A DNA stretch of 64,000 nucleotides, taken from NCBI GenBank assembly GCA_964536375.1, contig CAZHXF010000001.1, positions 24,107 through 88,106 on the forward strand, given 5' to 3'. The DNA is from an uncultured Desulfuromonas sp. Its GTDB lineage: Bacteria; Desulfobacterota; Desulfuromonadia; Desulfuromonadales; Desulfuromonadaceae. Numbering within the stretch: position 1 is the first letter of the stretch; each line of letters starts with the position of its first letter. Below, in pieces: positions 20,956 through 29,282 of this stretch. The translations under genes were made by a program, and so were the position numbers. The notes beneath the pieces were generated by a model. It worked only from the letters and a program-made list of their open reading frames with translations. It did not search any database and was not told the DNA's origin.

Positions 20956-21609
20956 ATGGTGTTTGATACAGTTAACCAATACCATCAACTGCTACACCGT
21001 GTAGACGCGTGGTTTGATCAATGTCTTGTTGCGGCACCGCAACATATAGCTTGCACTAAGGGGTGTAGCGCTTGTTGCCGTGGTCTGTTTGATATTACCC
21101 TGTTGGATGCTTATCTTGTGCAAGTAGGTTTCCAGCGCCTGTCTCCCGAGCAGCACAGTGAAGCAATGGAGCGTGCGCATGGGCGGCTGTCCCAATTGCA
21201 ATTGCAATGGCCAGACCTGCAACCCCCGTATATCCTTAACGCTTTACCTCATCAGCAATGGTTAGAAATGCCGGAAGATGATCTGACGCCATGTCCATTG
21301 TTAGGTCCTGACGGGCTGTGTTTGATATACGACTATCGTCCTCTTACCTGTCGCCTGCACGGTGTTCCTCATGTCGACATTAGTGGCGAGATTTTTTGTG
21401 ACAGCTACTGCACATTAAATTTTGTCGCTGTTGATCCGTTTACAATCAATGAGCTGCGCGCACCATTTAGCCAGTTTTTCCAGCAGGAAGTTGAATTGCT
21501 CAGCCGCTTTAGTCAGCAGTTGTTTGGGCGCAGCCACACAGAACTTGATACCTTTATCCCTTTGGCACTGCTGATAGATTTTACTGCACTGGATCATATT
21601 GAGTTGTAG
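20956..21609 (+). CDS. YkgJ-family (UPF0153) cysteine-cluster protein
   Basis: It carries a CTKGCSACC cluster plus later Cys residues (PCPLL..GLCLIYDYRPLTCRLHG), typical of the YkgJ/Fe-S-or-zinc cluster family. It starts 5 nt after the preceding stop. Confidence 0.65.
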   Translation: MVFDTVNQYHQLLHRVDAWFDQCLVAAPQHIACTKGCSACCRGLFDITLLDAYLVQVGFQRLSPEQHSEAMERAHGRLSQLQLQWPDLQPPYILNALPHQQWLEMPEDDLTPCPLLGPDGLCLIYDYRPLTCRLHGVPHVDISGEIFCDSYCTLNFVAVDPFTINELRAPFSQFFQQEVELLSRFSQQLFGRSHTELDTFIPLALLIDFTALDHIEL

Positions 21610-21670
21610 TTAGACGAGTGGTAACAGAGATGCTGTGCTTTAGCGGGTGGTTGTGTCTGAAATGTTGATT

Positions 21671-22576
21671 TTAGCCGTTGGTTTTCACCACGATGTTGCG
21701 ACCACAGTTCTTGGCTCCATAGAGGGCATTATCCGCTTTTCTGAGTAAATCCTCCAAGCTTTTATCGCTAGCACCAAGGCTGGCAACACCGAGACTGATA
21801 GTGCAGGAGTAGCTTGTCCCATTAAACTCAAAGGGGTGGTCACAAATAGCGCGACGCAACTGTTCAGCTACCTTAAAGGCAGCTTGGTGTGGTGTTTCAG
21901 TTAGTAGGCAGCAAAATTCATCGCCACCGTAGCGGATAAGGAAATCAGTTTTGCGTATATTGGCGCTGATGCGTCGGGTGATATCTTTCAGCGTGGCATC
22001 GCCACATTGGTGACCATAGTTGTCATTGATGTTTTTGAAATGATCGACATCAATCATCAATAAACTTAGCTGACATTTGAAGCGGTTGCAGCGTTCTATC
22101 TCTTTGAGGAGCTGGTTTTCCATGAAATTGCGATTATAAACACCAGTAAGATAGTCAACTTGGTTGATGCGTACCAGTTTCTTCTGATATGACACCATGT
22201 CGCTGACATCCTGTACCGACAAGTACAGTCCATCAATCTTACCTTGCTCATTGCGTATCGGCCCCATGGTGCAGGTCTGTTGCATGAATTCAAACTCATG
22301 TGCACGTGAACCAGGCGCTGGCATGGGAAAGAGATACTGGTGCAGTTTCTGGGAAAAAAAACCGAAATTGCCAAAAGCTAGCACTGCACGGCAGTTGCGC
22401 AAGAAATGTGCTCGTTCTAGTTGCGGATAAACCGCAAATAGATTTTTGCCGACAATATCATCTGCGCCAATGCCGCTGTGCAGTGACATCCAGCGATTCC
22501 AGTATTTCACCGTCATGTCTTTATTTAGGACGACTAAACCCGTATTTATGGTTTCAAAAATCTGACCGAAAATCAC
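21671..22576 (-). CDS. PAS-GGDEF diguanylate cyclase
   Basis: The PAS-like N-terminus (INTGLVVLNKDMTVKYWNRWM) is followed by a GGDEF domain with an RKTD I-site and RYGGDEF. The preferred start is the GTG at 22576, with GGAG 8 nt upstream and a GTGA overlap with the cheC-like stop. The ORF-track start (TTG at 22618) would overlap by 46 nt. Confidence 0.85.
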   Translation of the reverse strand: MIFGQIFETINTGLVVLNKDMTVKYWNRWMSLHSGIGADDIVGKNLFAVYPQLERAHFLRNCRAVLAFGNFGFFSQKLHQYLFPMPAPGSRAHEFEFMQQTCTMGPIRNEQGKIDGLYLSVQDVSDMVSYQKKLVRINQVDYLTGVYNRNFMENQLLKEIERCNRFKCQLSLLMIDVDHFKNINDNYGHQCGDATLKDITRRISANIRKTDFLIRYGGDEFCCLLTETPHQAAFKVAEQLRRAICDHPFEFNGTSYSCTISLGVASLGASDKSLEDLLRKADNALYGAKNCGRNIVVKTNG

Positions 22577-23220
22577 TCGAATGACTCCAGAAAGGCAATG
22601 AGCGCTTTTTTTAGCCAATCAATGGAGCTTTGATTAGCAATCAAAAATAGATAACCCTCTACATTTTGTTGTTCAAAGCGGAACATGGTGCGGATGGATA
22701 TGGCAAAGTTTTCAGCTGGGACAGGGGACTCGCAGTTCTCAAGATTGAGATTCTTGGCGGTAATGTGTGGAGGATCGTAAGCCACAACATCATTAAGTAA
22801 CTCCGCAATTTTACCGATGCAGGCCCCGATAAGGATATTCCCTACTTCGAGGAGAGTTTCTGTCTCCAATGTGTCAATGTCAATGTCTATGTCCTGACTG
22901 TTTGACTCCTGATCCTGAGTAAATAGATGTAATAGCTCCTTTTCTGCGCCGGCTGGAAAAACCAAAAGTGCCTGCCCGGAAAATTTACCCAGAAAACTCT
23001 GTTCAATAATGTTAACTGTCGTCGCCGGTTTTAGCTCCTTACATAGATAGTCTGGCAGGTCAGACCCCTTTAGGACCTTAATGTCCGGCACGCTCAGCAC
23101 CACAAAGATATCGATAACTTCTGCTAGTTCAGCCGATGCCTGACCAAAGGCAATATTCATCACCTCTTGCAGGATGTCTTTTTCTTCATCGGCAAATAGC
23201 GGTTGTATATCGCCACTCAT
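22573..23220 (-). CDS. CheC-like CheY-P phosphatase (two active-site repeats)
   Basis: There are two copies of the CheC motif [DSE]-x3-E-x2-N-x22-P: DILQEVMN...(22 aa)...P and ETLLEVGN...(22 aa)...P. I counted the spacing by hand from the translation. Confidence 0.8.
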   Translation of the reverse strand: MSGDIQPLFADEEKDILQEVMNIAFGQASAELAEVIDIFVVLSVPDIKVLKGSDLPDYLCKELKPATTVNIIEQSFLGKFSGQALLVFPAGAEKELLHLFTQDQESNSQDIDIDIDTLETETLLEVGNILIGACIGKIAELLNDVVAYDPPHITAKNLNLENCESPVPAENFAISIRTMFRFEQQNVEGYLFLIANQSSIDWLKKALIAFLESFE

Positions 23221-23603
23221 GCTTTATTTTGTCCTTCCATGGCGCTGGTTGCCAGTTGCAATGCTTCTGACACACTGGCTTTTGACGGTGGTTTTTTTAT
23301 AGTGTGTAAAGCACCCATGGTGCTCACTTTACGGAGAACTTTCTCTTGAACATCTGCGGTGGCGACAATGACTATCGCTTGAGGATCGTGCTTTTTGATG
23401 GTGGACAACGCTGTAAAACCATCCATAACCGGCATGGTTAAATCCATAAAAGTAAGATCTGGCTTATGTAAGAGAAATTTCTCTACCCCCTCTTTACCGT
23501 TATTGGCCTCATAGATAATCAGACCGTGATCTGGCGGCAGACATTTTTTCATAATCATGCGCGCAACGGGAGAGTCATCAACAATCAGTATACTTTTAAG
23601 CAT
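23217..23603 (-). CDS. Single-domain CheY-like response regulator
   Basis: 128 aa with the receiver residues DD (IVDDSP), the phospho-acceptor D in FMDLTMP, T in VATAD and K in IKKP. Its stop overlaps the next start (ATGA). Confidence 0.9.
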   Translation of the reverse strand: MLKSILIVDDSPVARMIMKKCLPPDHGLIIYEANNGKEGVEKFLLHKPDLTFMDLTMPVMDGFTALSTIKKHDPQAIVIVATADVQEKVLRKVSTMGALHTIKKPPSKASVSEALQLATSAMEGQNKA

Positions 23604-23704
23604 ATGATTTATACCCCATAAGAGGGTTAGAAAAAGAAGGTTAAATCAGGTGGTTACGTTTATAGTATAGCATTTAGCGCTAAATAAACCATCAATTTAT
23701 ATTA

Positions 23705-23731
23705 ATAAAAAACCCGCTTGCTTGGCGGGCT
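23705..23731 (-). terminator. Rho-independent terminator downstream of tRNA-Sec
   Basis: On the minus strand, a CCCGCC-AAGCAA-GCGGG hairpin is followed by TTTTTTATT, about 35 nt past the tRNA 3' end. Confidence 0.65.
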
Positions 23732-23764
23732 TAGTGGTCTTTGTTGAATGCCCTTGGACTATAT

Positions 23765-23861
23765 TTGGCGGGAGCAGATGGGAATTGAACCCACCGGGGA
23801 CGGGATGCGCCCCCCATCGGCTTTGAAGACCGTGAGCGCCACCAGGCTGCTAACTACTCCC
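23765..23861 (-). tRNA. selC: tRNA-Sec (anticodon UCA)
   Basis: 97 nt. It has an 8-bp acceptor stem (GGGAGUAG / CUGCUCCC), discriminator G and an encoded CCA. The D-stem is about 6 bp with a 4-nt loop. The anticodon loop is CUUCAAA, and the TGA complement lies at 23824-23826 on the plus strand. There is a long GC-rich variable arm and a TTCAATT T-loop. Confidence 0.92.
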
Positions 23862-23885
23862 TCAAATAGATAAATATTGTGAACC

Positions 23886-23914
23886 TATATAGCAGTTTGG
23901 TCAGGTTGGTTCAA
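23886..23914 (-). promoter_or_regulatory. Sigma70-type promoter for selC
   Basis: The minus strand reads TTGAAC, a 17-nt spacer, then TATATA. This ends about 24 nt upstream of the mature tRNA 5' end. Confidence 0.55.
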
Positions 23915-23962
23915 GTTTTTTGTAACGGCTGGTATTGCTATACAGATATTTGCTGTTTGCTT

Positions 23963-24559
23963 TTATGGCTGAATAATCCGCCCCGCCTGTTGCATGACCT
24001 CAACTGTTTCCAGCATGTTAGATGCCTGCCCGATTTTTAGTTGTTGCTGCAACCCGAAAAATTCCAGACATAAACCGCAGGAGCAGATAGTCACCCCGGC
24101 ATCAGCCAGGAATTGCAGAGGTTCGAGCACTGTAGAATCTGAACAGGTTAGTTTGACGCCGCTGTTGACAAACATGATGGTGCTGGGGCGTTCTTGACAT
24201 TGCGCCAGAGTGAAAATGAAATTACGCATTAACACTTCGCCCAGCTCATCGCTACCCTTGCCCATGCAGTTGCTGGCTATATACACGATAGTGTTACCGC
24301 TAATCTGAGTGGTTGGTGCTGTCTCTTTTGCTGGCTCGTTTTCCTGAGCCATGGGGGTGAGCAGTAGAGTTATGTCGGTTCCGCTAATTGTAACTTGAAC
24401 ACTGAAACCCTCTTTGGTCGCTAGGCGTGAAACATTGGCTTGGGCGATATCGTTGGAGACCAGCACTGTCAGTTCGCTGTCTGGGTGTGCCAGTAATTGT
24501 TTGCGGGTCTCTAGCACTGGGCGCGGACACAGCATGCCGCGGCAATCAATGATATTCAT
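23963..24559 (-). CDS. yedF: YedF-type selenium metabolism protein (TusA/SirA-like N-domain fused to a DsrE-like C-domain)
   Basis: The N-terminal DCRGMLCPRPVL is the TusA CPxP motif. The C-terminal half resembles the DsrE/DsrF fold, with conserved Cys residues (ICSCGLC). It lies adjacent to selC. Confidence 0.75.
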   Translation of the reverse strand: MNIIDCRGMLCPRPVLETRKQLLAHPDSELTVLVSNDIAQANVSRLATKEGFSVQVTISGTDITLLLTPMAQENEPAKETAPTTQISGNTIVYIASNCMGKGSDELGEVLMRNFIFTLAQCQERPSTIMFVNSGVKLTCSDSTVLEPLQFLADAGVTICSCGLCLEFFGLQQQLKIGQASNMLETVEVMQQAGRIIQP

Positions 24560-24609
24560 AGTGGGGTTTATCCTTTTACTTTACATTGAAAGTTCAAGTT
24601 GAAACTGGT

Positions 24610-26052
24610 TTATTCTCCAACCTTGGTCAACAGTACTACTGATTCTACGTGTGGCGTTTGGGGAAACATGTCTACCGGTTGTAGCTGCTGCACTTGATAG
24701 CCTTTCTGGCTGAGGAGATCAAGGTCTCGCGCCAGACTTGTCGGGTTGCAGGAAACGTAAATTAAACGTAACGGCTCCAATTGCGCTAGAGTGTCAAGGA
24801 CCTCTTCGCTACACCCGCTGCGCGGTGGATTTACAACAGCGGCAGTCAGCTGGGGCAGGGTTTGTTGCATATTTTGCAGGGTCTCGGTGGCGTCTCCGGC
24901 AATAAAACGACAATTGTGCAGATGGTTTAGCTCCGCCGCAGCTTTGGCGTTAGAGATGGCCTCAGGATTAATCTCCACCCCGATGATTTGGGCTCCGCTT
25001 TTGGCTAGATGCATGGCTATGCCGCCTACGCCGCAGTATAAATCTAGGGCACAATCATGTTTTTCCAGAGCCGCCCACTCGGTAACCAGGTGGTAAATTT
25101 TTGCCGCCTGAACATGGTTTACTTGAAAAAATGAACTCGGGGACAGGCGTAAGCGCACATCGCCGATGGTATCAATCAGATCGATAGCGCCGATGATGCG
25201 TACTGTGGTGGGACCAAAAACTACGTTACCCGATGAGCCGTTGATGTTCTGATGGATGCCGACAATCTCAGGCACCTTTTTCTTTAGCCATTTGGCCAGA
25301 TGAGTCATCTCGCGGTAGTTGCGTTGGGCACATACCAGGGTAACCAGAACTTTATTACTGGTGGGGCTGACGCGCACCGCTACATAGCGTAACAGCCCAC
25401 GCTGGGTGATTGGATTGTAGACGTAAACATCCTGGTTTTCTATCTCCTCGCGTAAAGCTTGAATTACTTTATTTATGAGCGGATGTTGTTGCGGGCAATT
25501 ACCGATATCTACTACGTCATGGGTGCCACGCCGGTACAGACCGATAGCCGCCTTGCCGCGGTTTTTGGCGATGGATAGCTTGGCCGTGGTGCGGTAGCCA
25601 AAGGTCTGGGGTGCCGCGAAAACCGTGTTGGGTTTCAGCTGGTTTAGTCTGGAATAGGTGCGCAACTCAGTGGTGATCAGTTGTTCTTTGTATTTAAGTT
25701 GTTGCGGATAGCCCATGTGGATCAGTGGGCAGCCTGGGCACTCGCTGGCTAAGGAACATCCGGGAATGACGCGCTGGGCGCTCTTGGTGACTAACTTGAC
25801 CAGCCGCCCGATGCTGCGGTGTTGCCCCTGATGCTCGATGGCAATTTTTACCTCCTCAGTGGGCAATGTGCCGGCAACGAGCAGTTCTTTGTTCTCGTGC
25901 CTAGTGACCCCAATCCCGTCGCTATTGATGTAGTTGATGGTGACGGTGGCAGTTTCTGTGACCTGCCTATGGGGTTTTTTGCTGCTGCGTTGTGGTGCTT
26001 TAGCCATTTTTTTAATCCTAAAACGCTGAAGGTTGGTTGTTTCCAGCGACAT
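24610..26052 (-). CDS. rlmD: 23S rRNA (uracil-C5)-methyltransferase, RlmD/RumA family (TRAM domain, 4Fe-4S cysteines, SAM MTase)
   Basis: TRAM-like N-domain, a Cys cluster CSLASECPGCPL, the SAM motif DLYCGVGGIA, and the catalytic VVNPPRSG / YVSCNP motifs. The start may be the internal MAKAPQ at about 26007. Confidence 0.8.
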   Translation of the reverse strand: MSLETTNLQRFRIKKMAKAPQRSSKKPHRQVTETATVTINYINSDGIGVTRHENKELLVAGTLPTEEVKIAIEHQGQHRSIGRLVKLVTKSAQRVIPGCSLASECPGCPLIHMGYPQQLKYKEQLITTELRTYSRLNQLKPNTVFAAPQTFGYRTTAKLSIAKNRGKAAIGLYRRGTHDVVDIGNCPQQHPLINKVIQALREEIENQDVYVYNPITQRGLLRYVAVRVSPTSNKVLVTLVCAQRNYREMTHLAKWLKKKVPEIVGIHQNINGSSGNVVFGPTTVRIIGAIDLIDTIGDVRLRLSPSSFFQVNHVQAAKIYHLVTEWAALEKHDCALDLYCGVGGIAMHLAKSGAQIIGVEINPEAISNAKAAAELNHLHNCRFIAGDATETLQNMQQTLPQLTAAVVNPPRSGCSEEVLDTLAQLEPLRLIYVSCNPTSLARDLDLLSQKGYQVQQLQPVDMFPQTPHVESVVLLTKVGE

Positions 26053-26320
26053 TAACCGCTTGACTGGTTGCTGTCAATAATCGTTATGGTTGCTTGCAGC
26101 ATTATGCTGAGCTATCATCACCGTTCACAGTTAAATAATTTGTTTATTGAGAAACTTGCAAAAGTTGTCATCTTGGTGAAAACGGGGAGCTGTCTTTTTT
26201 GATGAACCCAGCAAACCTCGGGATTCCCGCTTGCGCGAGCATGACGATTACTGGATTTTAAAGAGTTTTGCAAGAGGCTATATCTTTTTTGCATTGATCA
26301 ACTTTATATAAGAGGAAATT

Positions 26321-27391
26321 ATGGAATATACCCGTCGCCAGACACGAAGTGTACAATTGGGATCGATGCAGGTTGGTGGTACTGCGCCCATAAGTGTCCA
26401 ATCTATGTGTAATACCGATACCCGCGATGTTAATGCTACCTTGGCTCAGATTCAGGCTTTGGCAGGTGCCGGTTGTGAAATTGTCCGCTGCGCTGTGCCT
26501 GATGAAGAGGCTGCTGCTGCTTTAAAGCAGATTGTCGCCGGTTGCCCGATGCCGATGGTAGCAGATATTCACTTTGACTATCGTTTGGCATTGCAAGCTC
26601 TGGATAGTGGGGTGGATTGTCTGCGTATTAATCCGGGAAATATCGGCGCTAGCTGGAAGGTTGCCGAGGTGGTGGTGGCATGCAAGGAGCGTCAGATCCC
26701 GATCCGTATCGGGGTCAATGGCGGCTCGCTGGAGAAGGAGCTGTTGGAGAAATATGGTCATGCTACGGCGCAGGCAATGGTTGACAGTGCCATGGGGCAT
26801 ATCCGTATTCTAGAGGATTTAGGCTACGAACACATGAAGGTCAGCCTCAAGGCTTCGGATGTGCGGCGCACGGTAGCGGCTTATCGTCTACTGGCGCAGC
26901 AGGTTGATTATCCCTTGCATGTCGGCGTTACCGAGGCTGGAACCACTTGGGCGGGCTCAATTAAAAGTGCCGTTGGTCTCGGGGCTCTACTTTATGATGG
27001 TATTGGTGATACCTTGCGTGTGTCTTTAACCGGTGATCCGGTTGAGGAGGTGCGGGTTGGTTGGCAGATATTAAAAGCGTTGGAGCTGCGTCAGCATGGA
27101 CCGGTGTTTATTAGTTGCCCAACCTGCGGCCGTTGCCAGATTGATCTTATCTCGGTAGCCGAAGAGGTTGAACAGCGCTTGAACAACCTGAGCGCTCCAC
27201 TGACAATTGCGGTAATGGGCTGCGTAGTTAACGGTCCAGGTGAAGCACGCGAGGCCGATCTGGGTATAGCTGGTGGCAAGGATATGGGGCTGCTGTTCCG
27301 CAAGGGAGAAATAATTCAACGTTTGCCTCAGTCCGAGTTGGCTGATGCTTTGGTAGCTGAGGCTGTCAAAATGGCTGCTGAACTTGCTTAG
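26321..27391 (+). CDS. ispG: 4-hydroxy-3-methylbut-2-en-1-yl diphosphate synthase (MEP pathway)
   Basis: 356 aa with GcpE signatures (APISVQSMCNTDT, RINPGNIG, CPTCGRC, MGCVVNGPGE). Confidence 0.95.
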   Translation: MEYTRRQTRSVQLGSMQVGGTAPISVQSMCNTDTRDVNATLAQIQALAGAGCEIVRCAVPDEEAAAALKQIVAGCPMPMVADIHFDYRLALQALDSGVDCLRINPGNIGASWKVAEVVVACKERQIPIRIGVNGGSLEKELLEKYGHATAQAMVDSAMGHIRILEDLGYEHMKVSLKASDVRRTVAAYRLLAQQVDYPLHVGVTEAGTTWAGSIKSAVGLGALLYDGIGDTLRVSLTGDPVEEVRVGWQILKALELRQHGPVFISCPTCGRCQIDLISVAEEVEQRLNNLSAPLTIAVMGCVVNGPGEAREADLGIAGGKDMGLLFRKGEIIQRLPQSELADALVAEAVKMAAELA

Positions 27392-27413
27392 TGCAGACTT
27401 GCTGCTCGGTTAA

Positions 27414-28904
27414 TTAAGCGCGCTCGGCCTGATCACTGGCGGGAACGGCGCGCTTGAATGCCCAGGCTTCAATTTTTTTGATCTGCTCTGCCATGGTAAC
27501 CGAGATTGGTACGGTGCGACCGATGGACTCCATTATATCTCTGGGGGTCATTTGCCGCTGTGCGGCTAAAGCTTCGAAGCAGGCGCTGGATACTGCCTGC
27601 TCAATTTCTGCTCCGGAAAATCCTTTGCTGGAATGCGCCAGAGTTTGCGGATCAAAACTGTCCGTATTCAGACCATGGGCACCGAGGTGGATGCGGAATA
27701 TCTCTTGGCGTTCAGCCAGCCCGGGCAGGGCGATATAGAATATCTCGTCAAACCGTCCCTTACGCAACACTTCGGCAGGGAGGGTTTCGATGGCGTTGGC
27801 GGTAGCCGCGACAAAAACCGGGCTGCTTTTTTCCTGCATCCAAGTTAGGAAATAACCCAGCACTCGCGCTGATGAACCTCCCCCAGATTTGAACCCCTGT
27901 TCGGAAATCCCCGATTCGATTTCATCAATCCACAGTACGCACGGAGACATGGCTTCAGCTAACTGACAGGCGCGGTGCAAACTTTGTTCTGGGGTGCCGT
28001 GGGAGCCTGAGTAAATTGTTGCCATGTCGAGACGGAGTAACGGCAGGCTCCAGCGCGAGGCTATGGTCTTGACGAACAGGCTTTTACCGCAGCCGCTTAT
28101 CCCCATTAACAAGACCCCGCTGGGCAGGTTTTGCCCCTGAGCCAGTTCGGTAGTGCCGAAGGCTTTTTCGCGCTTTTCCATCCACTTTTTGAGGTTGCCC
28201 ATCCCACCTACCTGGCTATCTTTGAGGGTATTGTCGATAAATTCAATAATGCCAGTTTGCTCAAGAGCCTGTTTTTTATCGCGATGCAGCGCGGCAACCA
28301 CTTCCTGCATCTGCTGGTTGCGGGTGAGCTTGGCAAGGCGCAACGCGCGCTCCAGGCGTACCAGATCGAGACCTTGAGCGGCGAGAACCATTTTGCGTAA
28401 CGCGTCTTCCTGCCCAAGTATCTGATCGAGAAATGGATTGTTTTCGCGACTGCTCTGCAAATAAGCGGTTATCTCGGCGGCGTTGGGCATGGGTTGGGTG
28501 AGGTGAACGATATGGTTGCTCAGCGCGGTCGGGATGGCGATATCGCTGGCGATAAATACCAGACACTTGCGTACGTTGCTGCGTTGCTGGGAAAATTGGA
28601 TCAGCAGGCGCTGGATTTCCGGACTGTTATCCCAGTACCAGTGCATATCGAGAAAAATGTATACCCCATGCTCTGGCTGCGCTAATGCCCACTTGATAGC
28701 GCTGACTGGGTCGGACTTGCCATCCTGCGAGAAACCCTCATTGCAAGTCCATATCTGTGGTTCGCCCAACCCTTTGATGGCGCGGGCAGCAGCAGTTATT
28801 ATCAGATTACAGGCGCGTTGCTCATTGTCGGTAGATATGGCCAGCAGTGGGGTGCCGGCAGCGACATGCTGGGCAAAGTTGTTTATGGTCAGGTTCTCGC
28901 GCAT
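27414..28904 (-). CDS. AAA+ ATPase with a roughly 230-aa N-terminal domain, Ycf46-like
   Basis: Walker A GISGCGKS, Walker [10 protein letters not shown], and [15 protein letters not shown] (sensor/arginine finger region). The size and the LPLLRLD..LTWMQEK pattern resemble the cyanobacterial/plastid Ycf46 family as I remember it. Confidence 0.7.
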   Translation of the reverse strand: MRENLTINNFAQHVAAGTPLLAISTDNEQRACNLIITAAARAIKGLGEPQIWTCNEGFSQDGKSDPVSAIKWALAQPEHGVYIFLDMHWYWDNSPEIQRLLIQFSQQRSNVRKCLVFIASDIAIPTALSNHIVHLTQPMPNAAEITAYLQSSRENNPFLDQILGQEDALRKMVLAAQGLDLVRLERALRLAKLTRNQQMQEVVAALHRDKKQALEQTGIIEFIDNTLKDSQVGGMGNLKKWMEKREKAFGTTELAQGQNLPSGVLLMGISGCGKSLFVKTIASRWSLPLLRLDMATIYSGSHGTPEQSLHRACQLAEAMSPCVLWIDEIESGISEQGFKSGGGSSARVLGYFLTWMQEKSSPVFVAATANAIETLPAEVLRKGRFDEIFYIALPGLAERQEIFRIHLGAHGLNTDSFDPQTLAHSSKGFSGAEIEQAVSSACFEALAAQRQMTPRDIMESIGRTVPISVTMAEQIKKIEAWAFKRAVPASDQAERA

Positions 28905-29282
28905 AGATACCTCTGGCTTAGGTTGGGTGGACTAGTGATGACAGGGAACAATAGCTACAATCTGTGGTGATTGTAGCAGCGGATAGGTTATTCGCCAAGC
29001 AACAGATTGTAGCTGATGCAACTGCTGGTGTTGCTGTTGCATTTTGGCGGGAAATAAGCTAGCGTTGTAAGATTAAATTGATGGCGCCGTAAAAACTTAC
29101 CAACTGCGGTGTTACTGCAAATGCTCTCACGGCTTCGGTGGACCTAAGTACGCCTCATTGTTCGACATTAGCGCGCCTTGCATGTGGCGTTTTTTGCTTA
29201 GCCGTGCGAAATTTTGCTTTCTTGCGCAAGTATCAAAATTGAAGCACAAAATCATATAAAATATAAAGGAAGAATTGCCACT

